Below, piece after piece: positions 49,553-63,032 of a stretch of DNA of 64,000 nucleotides. Below the pieces are notes generated by a model. It did no database searches. It worked only from the letters and a program-made list of their open reading frames with translations, and was not told the origin of the DNA. Where the stretch lies: NCBI RefSeq assembly GCF_006345805.1, contig NC_043006.1, forward strand, positions 22,072,001-22,136,000, in the 5' to 3' direction. A program made the translations under genes and the position numbers. The number at the start of each line of letters is the position of its first letter. Position 1 is the first letter of the stretch. The DNA is from Octopus sinensis. Taxonomy: Eukaryota.

Positions 49553-49981
49553 GTAAAACTGAAAGGAGTCATAGTATAAGTATATGTACATATATATATA
49601 TGTATTGGGGGGGCGGGTATGCGTGTTACTGTCACCTTGCCTTGACATCAAGTGATCGATGCAAACAAGTACCACTATCATGCAAGCCATGTCCTTCATT
49701 TTCATTCTTCCATATCCACATGTGTGGTTATGGGAAAATATTATTGTACATGGAAACGAGTGAAGGTTGTAGACAGGAAGAGCATCTAGCCATAGAGAAA
49801 CATTCCTTCCAAACCATGCACACATGGGTAAGTGGATGTTAAAACAATGATAATAATGATGTTGATGTTGATAATGATGATGATGATGATGATGATTGTC
49901 AACAAGAAAAACATCCAAGCCACAGAAAAAAATTCTATACAACCCATGCTCGCATGGAAAATGGACTGTGAAGCAATGACA

Positions 49982-50013
<32 letters not shown>

Positions 50014-50149
50014 GGTTGGTGACAGGAAGGGCACAGACAGAAAGCCATAGAAAAAATTTCATCTGACCCATGCATACAAAGAAAAGCAGACATTAAAAGA
50101 TAACAATGAAGATGATGATGATGATGATGATATTTCTTTCTCTCTCTTT

Positions 50150-50518
50150 CTCTTTTACTTGTTTCAGTCATTTGACTGCGGCCATGCTGGAGCACCGCCT
50201 TAAGTCGAGCAAATCGACCCCGGGACTTATTCTATCGGTCTCTTTTGCCGAACTGCTAAGTGACGGGGACGTAAACACACCAGCATCGGTTGTCAAGCAA
50301 TGCTAGGGGGACAAACACAGACACACAAACATATACACACACATACATATATATGACAGGCTTCTTTCAGTTTCCGTCTACCAAATCCACTCACAAGGCT
50401 TTGGTCGGCCCGAGGCTATAGCAGAAGACACTTGCCCAAGATGCCACGCAGTGGGACTGAACCCGGAACCATGTGGTTGGTTAGTAAGCTACTTACCACA
50501 CAGCCACTTCTGCGCCTA
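50150..50518 (-). mobile_element. SINE family B
   Basis: Family motifs. Confidence 0.88.
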
Positions 50519-51274
50519 TGTGTATATAACAAATAAAAAGGGAGAGTTTGAATTTGAACAATTGTGACTTCATAGGAAAAAAAAAATTTCTTTTCCAGTT
50601 TGTCCAGCTTGCTGGAAAAAATATATAAAATGAAAGAGAGAGAGAGAGAGAGAGGTTCAAGCTTCATCCCTGGTCTACAGCCATTATATGTTACTCAACA
50701 ATACAAATCATTTTACTACCTCTAACCACCAATTTCATACTAAATTTAAAAAACAAAAAAAACAAAGTAAAATAACTGTCGTTAACAATCTAGTCTAGTG
50801 GATCTTCCTTCAAAACTAGACTCAAAACAACCTGATTAATTTATTAATTACAACAAGTTTGTAATAAATTAATCATAAGAAAACGTCTATAATGAATGAA
50901 TCTATAGAATGAGCTTTTCGTTTGATTGTGAGTCATCGAACTATTTTTACATTCACTGAATCTACCTGATATGTTTCTACTGCAACTATAATAGTAATCT
51001 GGACATGGAAAATGGGTCGGGGGGGGGGAATAAATGCTGGATACAATGTGTATGTGCATGAGTGCGTGTATGTGCGTGCAGGCGCGGGCGTGTCGTTAAG
51101 ACATTATAATCAGGCAGTTTCGGGTTCAGTCTCACTGCGGGGCACATGTCTTCCGCTATTATAGCCTCAGGCCAGCCAAAGACATGTGAGTGGTAGACAG
51201 AAAGCGAAAGAATCTTTTTATAAATATCATCATCATCATCATCATCATAATAATAATAATAATCATCATCATCA

Positions 51275-51660
51275 TAGGCGCAGGAGTGGCTGTGTGGTAA
51301 GTAGCTTGTTTACCGACCACATGGTTCCGGGTTCAGTCCCACTGCATGGCACCTTGGGCAAGTGTCTTCTACTATAGCCTCGGGCTGACCAAAGCCTTGT
51401 GAGTGGATTTGGTAGATGGAAACTGAAAGAAGCCTGTCGTATATATATATGTATGTATGTATGTGTATGTCCTCCTAGCATTGCTTGACAACCGATGCTG
51501 GTGTGTTTATGTCCCCGTTACTTAGCAGTTCGGCAAAAGAGACCGATAGAATAAGTACTGGGCTTACAAAAGAATAAGTCCCTGGGTCGAGTTGCTCGAT
51601 TAAAGGCGGTGCTCCAGCATGGCCGCAGTCAAATGACTGAAACAAGTAAAAGAGAAAGAA
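51275..51660 (+). mobile_element. SINE family B
   Basis: taggcgcaggagtggctgtgtggtaag head. Confidence 0.88.
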
Positions 51661-52222
51661 AAAGAGAGAGAGATCATCATTTCAAAGTCTATTTTTCCAT
51701 GCTTGCGTGGGGCGGACTGAATTTATCGAGACAGATTTTCAACTTCCACCTTTTTCCAAGACAGCTGATATTTCCTCGTGGCCGTTGCATGTTTCCACAG
51801 AAAATCATAAACAAAAGACACAAAAGACAAGGAGATAAAATGCACATGCACAGACATGCATGCATGTATGTATGTATGCGTATATACATGCATACATACA
51901 TATACATATAAATAAAGACCTCCTCCAGTTAAAAATGACCGAGGGATTGCACCTAGCAAGTTCCCCTCCAAGGGACAAGTCTGGGCAAAGTTCTTTGTGG
52001 GAGACCAGCTCGCCCATGCATACCTGCCGCCGATGCTGTCCAAGGGAAAGGTGAAGGGTGCTGCAGCTTGGCACCAATGACATCTCAACTTATTTCTGCA
52101 GCTGAGTGAACTGGAGCAATGTGAATTAAAATGTCTTTCTCAAGAACACAAAAATCGAACTTACAATCTCACAATTGTAAGCCCAACATTATAACCACTG
52201 AGCTATGTGCCTTCACTAACAT

Positions 52223-52254
<32 letters not shown>

Positions 52255-52257
<3 letters not shown>

Positions 52258-52633
52258 AGCAAAACACCCCCTCCCGTCCAATGGACGGTGTTGAGTTGTC
52301 AAACATTTAAACCAAATTTTCTCAAAGCAACTTGTCCGACCGTCCCATAGGCCTCTCCTTTGAGAAACACTGATTTAACCTAAATTTGAGACACCAGCAA
52401 AAGAAGAAATAAAGATAGATTTTTTTTTCTATTCCAAAGAAAAACGATTTTATTCACTTTATTGATCGCATTCTCACTTGGAATCGATTTTTGTAATTTT
52501 TTCAAGACTTATAGATGCCCTGATACCGTCGGTATCTATCTACACATCAAATTTGAGCGCAATCGGATGGAGGATACCAGAGGTCCTAGAAGACACACAC
52601 ATAGACAGACAGAACGGATTTTATAAAATAGAT
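52255..52633 (+). mobile_element. Possible non-autonomous Helitron/Helentron-like repeat
   Basis: Ends gacagacagaacggattttataaaatagat, similar to 58076-58444. Single copy here. Confidence 0.4.
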
Positions 52634-53046
52634 GTATGTATGTGTGTGTGTGTACATATAGATACACACACACACACAAACAAACATAGAACAAGCTGCT
52701 TTCAGTTTCCTGCTTGGTTACTAAAGGTGAGTGAAGTTTACCTAGTAGTTACAATAGCTGCACCTGTACCTATCGAATCATGCCTACCAATAATCTATTT
52801 TGAAATGAACAAACGACTGAGCCCCAAATCTATTCTATAACACTGTTCTGTTTTTTAAAGAATATTTTTGATACCTTTCATTGAGCAGATTAGTTCTGTA
52901 AGTAAATGTAAGTGGATATGCATGTTGAGAGCTGTGTGTGTGTGTGTGTGAGCTAGAGAGAAAGAGAGTGTATATGTGTGCATGTGCATGTGTATGTTTG
53001 AATGCAAGTGTGGGAGCATATATATATATATATATATATTATATTA

Positions 53047-53330
53047 AATTAGAGATAAAACCAAACAGTGAAAAACATAAGCCAATACATAAAATTAATT
53101 AAAAAATATAAAAGTTAAAAATAAAAAATTATTTAAATAATTTAAACTTATAAATTTTATATATATATACAAATATATATATATATATGTATGTATGTAT
53201 ATTTTTATATTTATATATCATTTTATTAATTAATTAATTTTTTTTTTTTAAATATCAAAAGTATTAAAAGTTTAATAAAAGATAAAGAGTAAAACACAAT
53301 ATTTGCCTAATAGTGGTTTTATCTCTAATT
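53047..53330. mobile_element. AT-rich element bounded by an 18-bp inverted repeat (possibly Penelope-derived)
   Basis: aaattagagataaaacca / tggttttatctctaattt; a related end occurs near 19410. Confidence 0.5.
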
Positions 53331-53637
53331 TGATATAATATAATATAATATATTTATACTATAAAATTGGATTTAATCCTAAATCTAATTTTTCCCTGTA
53401 AGTTTGGATTTATTTTCTAATATTATTATTATTATATATATATATATATATATAGTTAGATCAGGTGTGCATCCAAGTCTCCTTGTGTGTTCACATATCT
53501 GTATTCATGTAGCATGTGCCTTATTTTCAGCCTTTATGTCAGAATTAATTCTGGGATTGAAGACCTAAAATAAAAACTACTTCTTACATAAAAAAAAACT
53601 CATAAAAACTATAACAATTACAATTATTCTCATCAAA

Positions 53638-53640
<3 letters not shown>

Positions 53641-53709
<69 letters not shown>
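53641..53709. repeat. Perfect (AAT)n microsatellite
   Basis: Direct reading. Confidence 0.95.
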
Positions 53710-53712
53710 CAT

Positions 53713-54054
53713 AACAAGAGCACTCTGAGAGCACAAACCTCTGCCAAGGCAACCCCAACGTCCTCTCAACAATTAGCCGGAGATGATTTTTAAAATGAGA
53801 ATATCTGAAATAAGCCTGACTGCTCTCACAAACGAGAATACTAAAAAATGAACCTGACTGCTCTAAAAAATTAAGCAAAAAAACAGGAAAAACAATTTAG
53901 AATCCTTCTCCGGTACCGGATCGAAATCAAAATGTAATCAGTTCGTGATGGTCATGAGGCCAAACACCCCAGAAAGTTTCATCCGAATCCATCCAGCGGT
54001 TCTTGAGATATCTTGTCCACAGACAAACAAACAAACATGACTAAGGCGGAGGTA
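53713..54054 (+). mobile_element. Interspersed repeat (aacaagag...ggcggaggta), class uncertain
   Basis: Homologous to 4460-4736. Confidence 0.7.
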
Positions 54055-54089
54055 GTAATAATGATGATGATGATAATGGTGGTGGTGGT

Positions 54090-54550
54090 TTCAAATTTGA
54101 GCACAAAGCCAGCATGTTCAGTGGGAGGGGATAAGTTGACTACATCGACCCCAGTACTGAACTGGTACTTATTTTATAAGGTGGCGAGCCAGCAGAAACG
54201 TTAGCACGCCGGGCAAAATGCTTAGCGGTATTTCGTCTGCGTTACGTTGTAAGTTCAAATTCCGCCGAGGTCGACTTTTTGACTTTCATCCTTTCGGGGT
54301 CGATAAATTAAGTACCAGTTACGCACTGGGGTTGATGTAATCGACTTAATCCATTTGTCTGTCCTTGTTTGTTCCCTCTGTGTTTAGCCCCTTGTGGGTA
54401 ATAAAAAAACAGGTACTTATTTTATTGACCCTGAAAGGATAAATGGCAAAGCTGACCTAGGTAGAACTTGAACTCAGAATGTAAAGACCGATGAAATGCT
54501 TCTACACATTTTGCTTGGTGTGTTAATGATTCTGCCATCTCACTGCCTTA
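54090..54550. mobile_element. Family A copy (+) nested in an older family A copy (-)
   Basis: ggtacttatttta repeated on both sides of the inner copy. Confidence 0.75.
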
Positions 54551-55154
54551 ACAAGAATGTCGCTGCCCCCGCCACTGCCCCCACAGCCTTTATTCCATAT
54601 ATTATGGCCTTAAGGGAATATTTTTTTTAACACTAAACTTAGCAAGTTTATTAAAATTAAGAACTGAAAACAAGTGAAAAACCCAAACAATGTAACAAAA
54701 ACAGGTGACACATGGGCATTAAGAGGGTACAGTGGCAAAGTTGTCTGAACATTGATAAAATACTTAGCAGCATTTATTCCAGCACTCTGCACTCTAGGTT
54801 CAAATCTTGCTAAGGTCAGCTTTGTTTTTCATCCCTTTAGGACTGATAAAAAGTACCACTCCTGGGTGGTGGATTTGCAGAACTATAAGAATGTTGGACT
54901 GGAGACCTAGTGGCATTTGTTCTGGCTGGCTGTGTTCTAAGTTCGAATCTTGTCACAGTCCACCTTGGGTCATAGAATTAATCCATCACCCAGTTTAACA
55001 CCGCCACTATATAGCAGCTTTGGTGACCTTAGCAGGGTTCACTCAGTTGCAAGCATTCAAGCCAGATTCCAGCTTATCCCCACTTGTCTTGGATGCTCTA
55101 TAAAGGGTCATGGGTGCTACCTTTCCTCCTGACTATGAAATTAAAATAATCTTG

Positions 55155-55590
55155 TGCTGTGTGGTAAGAAGCTTGCTTCTAAATCACACGGTCCAGGGCT
55201 CAGTCCCACGGTGTGGAACCTTGGGCAAGTGTCTTCTACTGTAGCCTCAGGCAGATCAAAACTTTGTGAGTGGATTTGGTAAACAGAAACTGAAAGAAGA
55301 CTATTGTGTGTATGTGTGTGTGTGTATATATATTTACACATACATATACATGTATATATATTTATGTACGTGTGTTTTTGTACCTGTGTTTGTCACCCCA
55401 CCATTGCTTGACAACTGATGGTGGTGTGTTTATGTCCCCCATAACTCAGTGGTTCAGCAAAAGAGACCGATAGAATAAGTACTAGGCTTACAAAGAATTA
55501 GTCCTGGGGTCAATTTCTTAGACTAAAACCCTTTAAGGCGGTGCTCCAGCATGGTCACAGTCAAATTACTGAAACATGTAAAAGAATAAA
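55155..55590 (+). mobile_element. SINE family B
   Basis: Family motifs. Confidence 0.85.
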
Positions 55591-56066
55591 AGAATATAAA
55601 CTAAAAATTGAAACAATCTCGTGTAGTGTGAGTGGGAAACAAGGCCCCAGTAGTGTAAGTCAACTTCAAAACCAGATAAGTGGTCCTTGGTTACAAGGTT
55701 TACTACATTATTTACAATTGACAGATATTTGTCCTCATCTTGTTTGTTGCTAACACAACATTTCAGCTGATATACCCTCCAGCCTTCTTCAGGTGTCTTG
55801 GGGAAATTTTGAATCTGGGTTCTCATGCCTAAGGGGGGGGGGACCCCCGAATTCTTTCAGTTGTTGCATGTGTTCTGGGGCATCCTTTCCAATTCAATAA
55901 CAATATGGTTTTATAACTACTCTGACCAGGAGATCCTGCAGTGACTACTGAGAACCACATGGAGAACATTATTAATATTTTGTTTATAGAGGTAATTTTT
56001 CAAAACTGCTTATAAAAAGGACTCTGCACTATCTCAGACACTAATTTGTCCAACCAGTCCACTATA

Positions 56067-56458
56067 CCTATTTCTTTACTACCCACAAGGGCTAAACACA
56101 GAGAGTACAAACAAGGACAGACAAACGGATTAAGTCGATTATATCGACCCCAGTGCGTAACTGGTACTTATTTAATCAACCCCGAAAGGATGAAAGGCAA
56201 AGTCGACCTCGGCGGAATTTGAACTCAGAATGCAGCAGCAGACAAAATACCTATTTCTTTACTACCCACAAGGACAGACACACAGATTAAGTCGATTATA
56301 TCGACCCCAGTGCGTAACTGGTACTTATTTAATCGACCCCCGAAAGGATGAAAGGCAAAGTCGACCTCGGCGAGATTTGAACTCAGAACGTAGCGGCAGA
56401 CGAAATAACGCTAAGCATTTCGCCGGGCATGCTAACGATTCTGCCAGCTCGGTGCCTT
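56067..56458 (-). mobile_element. SINE family A dimer
   Basis: Internal junction at 56250/56251; TSD gtccactata at 56057-56066 and 56459-56468. Confidence 0.88.
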
Positions 56459-57679
56459 GTCCACTATATACCATCATTCAAAAGGCATTACTGCTATATT
56501 CAGATCAACCATGGCTTTAGTCATCTTAAGAACTGAGCCAACCACATTTAAAAACAGTTTCCCAAGAACACTGCTGTCTGTTATGAATCATGCAACTAAA
56601 CGCGGCTGTTATTAATTAGGTTATGTAAATATGTAGACATATGTTCCTATTTGTCTGTGTAACCACAATTTGTTGAAGAAATATTATTTATGAAATGTAA
56701 TTATACTTAGGTGTGCTGGTTTATTGTGTATATATTAAAATAGGCTGTTAATGTGATATGATATCAATTATTTATCATTAATGTTTTAATTTCTTTTGTT
56801 CCAGCAATTTAGGAAACAATTTGTACTTATAATAATGAGCTGAAGTGAATAAGCTGGATTGGCAAACTCTTGCTCTTTTCTCTCTAGCAAAATTCTATTC
56901 AATCCCAACAACAATTAAAAGCGAAATATCCAAGAGTTATCTTGTTTCTAGCTTTTCAAGCTAAGTTTACTCTCTATGAGAGAAGGAGGGGGGGCAGACA
57001 GACAGACAGAGATGGGGGAAAGGCGGAGGGAGGGAGGGAGGGGGAGAGAGAGAAATTTTTTTTTTTAATGAAATAAAATATTCAAAGAACAATAATTAAA
57101 AGTCACCGCTGATTTAATAAAAATAATTAATAAGGATATTTAAATCAAGACATTTTGAATAAAATATGAAAGCTTTCATTTCATCCTATTCAAAATTCAA
57201 TTTCTAACATTAGTCAGTCGAGCTAAAAAGAAACAAAATGAAGGCCATTGATTTTTATTGAAATTCCAGAGCTGAAACTGCTGACATTGGGCATGAGATT
57301 TTAAAGTCAACTGACCTTGTCAAACAACAAGATAAAAATGCAAAGTATTCAATGTGAAAGGCATTGATTTAATGAAAGGGCCCTAGCTGACAGAACAAAT
57401 ATATAACTAAATATAAAGTTCTTTGCATACAGCAAGGGATTTTCCTTTATATGAAGATCACTAGAAAACAATAACAGCAGATACAAGAACAACTATAGAA
57501 ATAAATGTAGTATGAAAACAATACAGAATGTCAAATAAAAGAAAAATGGAACTGATCATGCCTATTGCAGAGCTTAACTGTCGACTTAACTTTTTCATTA
57601 AACACTCTACCTAAAGTAGGATACGGTTGCTATATTTCTATTGTTTATATCAGTATTAATTTTGTCAAGTCAATAGTTA

Positions 57680-58019
57680 CCAGCGTCACCATCATTACCA
57701 GCGTCGCCTCACTGGCACGTGAAAAGACATTCGAGCTAGGTCGTTGCCAGTGCCGCTGGACTGGCTTCTGTGCAGGTGGAACGTAAAAAAACATTTGAGC
57801 GTGGCCGTTGCCAGTACCGCCTGACTGGCGCTCGTGCCGGTGGCATGTAAAAGCACCGACTACACTCTCACAGTGGTTGGCGTTAAGAAGGGCATCCAGC
57901 TGTAGAAAATCTGCCAGATCAGATTGGAGCCTGGTGCAGCCATCTGGTTCGCCAGACCTCAGTCAAATTGTCCAACTCATGCTAGCATGGAAAGTGGACG
58001 TTAAACGATGATGATGATG
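57680..58019 (+). mobile_element. SINE family C
   Basis: Family motifs and (GAT)n tail. Confidence 0.85.
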
Positions 58020-58075
58020 AATAAAAGTCATGAAAAGACATGAGAGGATGAAGAATAATTTAACTTTTATTGCAG

Positions 58076-58444
58076 ACTAGCACTATGACCCGGTGTTGCC
58101 GGGTCATAGTGCTAGTGCATGCATATACAGCTGCGTGCATGCGCACATACACGCGAGTACTGTCCAAATCTCTGACCAATCGCATACAGCTAGCTGGCAT
58201 TCAATTGGCGTATCAAGTTTTGGGCATTTTGATTGGGTTTTAGATAGAAAATTCACAAAAAGTCACTTCTATTGATTTTTTAATGGCTTTGCGGGTTGAC
58301 TGGGGAAATGTAAAGATGTGCACGACCACCCTTGGAGGGTTTTGTATGACCATAGAAAGTGTGAGCCCTCTAACTGAAAAATTGTGGATTTGTATAAAGG
58401 ATACACATACAGACAGACATTTTGCTGTTTATATATATAGAGAT
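58076..58444 (+). mobile_element. Non-autonomous Helitron/Helentron-like element with a terminal hairpin
   Basis: Starts actagc with a perfect 18-bp stem (58076-58093 / 58099-58116); ends acagacagac...atatatatagagat. Confidence 0.6.
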
Positions 58445-58628
58445 GTACTGACAACAGTCAGTCTTATATCATATACTGATAAAAGTCAAACACCACAATA
58501 CAAGATATATTGATCACAGTGGAAATACTGTTTGATAGCCATGGTGAAAACATGTTTAATGGTCACAGTGGAAAAATTGTTTGATGGTCACAGTGGAAAC
58601 ATTGATTAATGGTTAGTGGAAACAATAT

Positions 58629-59046
58629 TAGATGGCGAGCTGGCAGAATCGTTAGCATGCTGGACGGAATGCTTAGCGGTATTTTGTCTGCCGTTACGTT
58701 CTGAGTTCAAATTCCGCCGAGGTCGACTTTGCCTTTCATCCTTTCGGGGTCGATAAATTAAGTACCAGTTGCGCACTGGGGTCGATTTAATCGACTTAAT
58801 CCGTTTGTCTGTCCTTGTTTGTCCTCTCTGTGTTTAGCCTCTTGTGGGTAGTAAAGAAATAGGTATTTCGTCTGCCGTTACGTTCTGAGTTTAAATTCCG
58901 CCAAGGTCGACTTTGTCTTTCATCCTTTCGGGGTCGATAAATTAAGTACCAGTTGCGCACTAGGGTCGATTTAATCGACTTAATCTGTTTGTCTGTCCTT
59001 GTTCGTCCTCTCTGTATTTAGCCCCTTGTGGGTAGTAAAGAAATAA
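58629..59046 (+). mobile_element. SINE family A dimer inserted in a ~24-bp minisatellite (58510-59120)
   Basis: Junction at 58862/58863; ttagatgg on both sides. Confidence 0.88.
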
Positions 59047-59141
59047 ATGTTAGATGGTCACAGTAGAAACATTATTTAGCAGTCTCAGTAGTCATAGTGT
59101 TTGATGGTGAGTGGAAACACTTGCCAGGAGCTTTTGCACTC

Positions 59142-59212
59142 TCTGTGACATACACAATGGTAGAACACCTGTCATGTTTACAGGAGATGTGGGTTCAAGT
59201 CCCACTGGCAGC
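59142..59212 (+). pseudogene. tRNA-Thr(TGT)-like pseudogene or tRNA-derived SINE head
   Basis: Anticodon stem cctgt/acagg with loop catgttt; T-arm gtggg-ttcaagt-cccac; acceptor and D stems mismatched. Confidence 0.5.
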
Positions 59213-60029
59213 CTTCAACATTTTCTATCAAAAAAAGGTTTTTAACACAATGTTTACACACTATTATTTATAGCTTTATGTGCATCAAGATCCACTGTTA
59301 CAAAAAAGAAGAAGAAAAAAGAATTATTTCAGATTCTCTTAAAGTTTATACATTTTTATGACTTCAAATAAATGCATGCATACATATATATATACTTACA
59401 TAAATACACACATTTATATAAATAGATACACACACACACACATACATATATAGACACAATTATATTACATATGAAATATAAAAGTGTGGTAGGTGGAATG
59501 CTATTTTTCACACATTCCATTACTTAACAAACCATGTGAATAAGAAAGCAACAGACACCCTGAAACATGATGCTGGCAAGTCTAAGAAACGGTAAAAGTT
59601 CTTTTGTTATGGCAAAGCTTTGTTTCCATGCAATATAGATATAGTGCTGCAACTTTTTGATCTCCATACACATCATTGAAAAGGGTTTCTTTTTTTTTTT
59701 TTTTTTTTTTTTTACCTCTTTCACAATGCGATAATCTAGGTTAATGGTAATAAGTAAGTAGCCACATGTCTTGAAAAAAGTATGGGGGAGAAATGAGAGG
59801 TGACTGAGTGTTCTTTCTACCCTTTGATCAATCTCACTACAAGCATACCTTAACTTTACAACTACCACCTCCACCTTCATCTTCTCCTCCACTGCACTGT
59901 TGTCTCTTTCTCCACCTTCTCCTCCTCCTCCTCTTCAATTAGTACTTTATTATATAAACTCATAGTCTATAAAAAAATATTCATTGTTGTCATTTATAAA
60001 ATTGATCTTTTATCATTTATTTCTCTATC

Positions 60030-60625
60030 TCAGTCATTAGATTGCCGCCATGCTGGAGCACTGCCTTGAAGAATTTTAGCCTAATGAATCAGTTCTGGTA
60101 CGTATTCTTTTGTTAAACCCGGTACTTAATCCATCAACCTCCTTTTGCCAAACTGCTAAGTTATGGGGACATAAACACACCAATACCTATTTCTTCACTA
60201 CCCACAAGGGGCTAAACACAGAGAACAAACAAGGACAGACAAAAGGATTAAGTCGATTATATCGACCCCAGTGCGTAACTAGTACTTATTTAATCAACCC
60301 TGAAAGGATGAAAGGCAAAGTCAACCTCGGCAGAATTTGAACTCAGAACGTAGCGGCAGACGAAACACCGCTAAGCATTTCGCTCGACGTGCTAACGTTT
60401 CTGCCAGCTTGCCGCCTTAAACACACCAATACCAGCTGTCAAGTGGTGGTGGTGGGACAAACACACACACACATGACAAGCTTCTTTCAGTTTCTGTCTA
60501 CCAAGGCTTTCGTTGGCCTGAGGCTATAGTGGGAGACACTTGCCCAAGGCGCCATGCAGTGGGACTGAACTCGGAACCATGTGGTTGGGGAGTAAGCCTT
60601 TTACCACACAGCCACACCTGCACCT
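60030..60625 (-). mobile_element. Family B SINE interrupted by a young family A copy (60188-60416)
   Basis: 16-bp TSD taaacacaccaatacc at 60172-60187 and 60418-60433. Confidence 0.88.
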
Positions 60626-61623
60626 AATTGTTTTTTTTTTAAATGTCACTATAATTGAAATTAAACAGGATATTTTAAACAAATAGATAAAGTCTTAGAG
60701 TACCAGCTCATAGGTCTTTAATTCGAACCATAGCACATAGGTTTTGTCATGTCTCTGAGCAGGATGCTTAAATTTATGCACTGCAATTCACCAAGATATC
60801 AGGAACAGGTCACAGATCATCAGACAGAGGAAGATTTACATCTTATCTCTTCAACAGCATGAAATCAGATCCAAAAGTAAAGGCCTTTATGAACACTTCT
60901 GGCCTTTGTACAGATCAATAAGTTTACACATTGATATATATATATACACAGGTCATCTATTGTATGTATGAACTACACGTTCTCTGATAATCTCTCTGTG
61001 ATCAGGTTGTAGGGCAAAAACTGGATTTTCTCTTCAGGGTAGACAAATTCTTCATTCAGCTCACAACTGCTAACCTTTTATATGAAATACAATCATTTAT
61101 CACACTGAGAACTGTATCTGCTTACAGAAACAGTTCAGTCTCTACACGAATGTCATTTGTAGATCACATACAAGTAAGATGGGCCATTAGTTTGTCTGAC
61201 AAGCTAGATAACCTAGTGTGGTCGTAAGGCATGGGCATATTAGGCTGTTGTCTGGGGCCTCACAGAAGAAATGCCACTAAACATTTTGTCCAACATGCTA
61301 AAGTTCCTACCAGCTTGCTGCCTTGTTATCATTGGCGGCAATGACAATAACAAAAATTTCTGACATGGACACAAGGCAATAAAAATTTGTTGAAGGATGT
61401 AGTCAATTAAATTGACCCCAGTACTTCACTGGTACTTATTTTATAAACTCTAGACAAATGAAAGACAAAGCTGATTATGGTAGAATTTGAACTTCATATG
61501 TGAAGGAAAATACAAATGCAATATTTTGCCCAAGAACTCCACCAATCATTCTCCCTTGATAACAACAGCAACGAAAATTTTGCCAATGTATGACTTAAAA
61601 TAAGTAAAATAAAGCTTACTTAC

Positions 61624-61809
61624 CACTTTCAATAGAATAACATGCTCTTGGAATGTTCCAACAAGGCCAAGAATGGCATTGATGAAGATAATTAGACCAA
61701 CAGAAAGCAGCAAGGCTACAGGTAGGGACATGAGGTTATTAAGGGCACCATACTTCCGACGTTCCACCTCAGCCCAAACACCGATGATCAGCAATGTAAT
61801 TCCAACAAA
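61624..61809 (-). CDS. TSPAN15: TSPAN15-like exon 2 (TM1 end, small loop, TM2)
   Basis: ttttccag acceptor, GTG|GTAAGT donor, 186 nt phase 0; G(V/I)xAEVER.KY motif as in TSPAN15. The spliced large loop has 8 cysteines (TspanC8). Confidence 0.95.
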
Positions 61810-62125
61810 CTGGAAAATTTAAAAAGAAAAGAAAAAAGCAATATAAATAAATATATAAATTCAAAAAAACTTTATTAAAAAAATATATATATATACCATA
61901 TTTGATAGCTTACGGAGTGCATTTATTTACCAAAAAAAAAAACAAAAAAAAAAAAAACAAACAATGTCCCAGAAAAATCAACAAAGGTCAGGGTTAAGAT
62001 TACTGCCAAAAAAAAGTTCAGAAATATTTGGTCATTATAAACAAATCATTTATACAAGTTGTTCAGTAAGGAATTGTTGACCACTCAAATGTCATTTACA
62101 ACAGGAGTGTCAGCCAATATATACA

Positions 62126-62156
<31 letters not shown>

Positions 62157-62234
62157 TGATGTGGGACAAATTGCTGAGAAAGGATCTACAATCATTGGGA
62201 CCCACAGAAGGGATGACAGGGGACAGAAACTCCT

Positions 62235-62466
62235 GGCAGCAAGCTGGCAGAATCGTTAGCACGCCGGGCGAAATGCGTAGCCGTATTTCGTCTGCCGCTA
62301 TGTTCTGAGTTCAAATTCCACCGAGGTCGACTTTGCCTTTCATCCTTTCGGGATCAATAAATTAAGTACCAGTTACGCACTGGGGTCGATGTAATCGACT
62401 TAAATCCCTTTGTCTGTCCTTGTTTGTCCCCTCTATGTTTAGCCCCTTGTGGGCAGTAAAGAAATA
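62235..62466 (+). mobile_element. SINE family A
   Basis: 13-bp TSD agaaactcctggc at 62225-62237 and 62467-62479. Confidence 0.88.
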
Positions 62467-62801
62467 AGAAACTCCTGGCGGTTTGCTATGCTTGAAAAGA
62501 CACACCAAGCTAAGTAAAAAAATGCAGTTGCCTCGCAACCCCAACCAGCTGAGCATCCCTAGTCTTGCAGGCTCATATATGTGATGCCACATAAAAAGCA
62601 TTTGTACTGGTGCTGCATAAAGGCACCCAGTACACACTGTAAAATGATTGGTGCTAGACAGGGCATACAGCCATAGAAACCAAGCCAAAACAGACATGGA
62701 CCCTGAGCAGCCTTTCAGGTGGTCAGCTCCTGTTAAACCGGCCTACTTATGCCTGCATGGAAAACAGATGTTTATTGATGATGATGATGATGATGATATA
62801 A

Positions 62802-63032
62802 GGCGGCGAGCTGGCAGAAACGTTAGCATGCCGGGCGAAATGCTTAGCGGTATTTCGTCTGCCGTTACGTTGTGAGTTCAAATTTCGCCGAGGTCGACTT
62901 TGCCTTTCATCCTTTCGGGGTCGATAAATTAAGTACCAGTTACGCACTGGGGTCGATGTAATCGACTTAATACCTATGTCTGTCCTTGTTTGTCCCCTCT
63001 GTGTTTAGCCCCTTGTGGGTAATAAAGAAATA
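62802..63032 (+). mobile_element. SINE family A inserted at the (GAT)n tail of a family C copy (62590-62797)
   Basis: ggcggcgagctggcagaaacg head. Confidence 0.88.

Noticed and set aside
50966-50998. 33-nt AG/GT-bounded segment (ITIIVAVETYQ) as a tetraspanin exon
   Set aside because: Exons 2 and 3 already join in frame with the expected lengths; no homology supports it.
59524-59892. 122-aa minus-strand ORF as a gene or exon
   Set aside because: It spans a T homopolymer and low-complexity sequence, with no recognisable motif or consistent splice sites.
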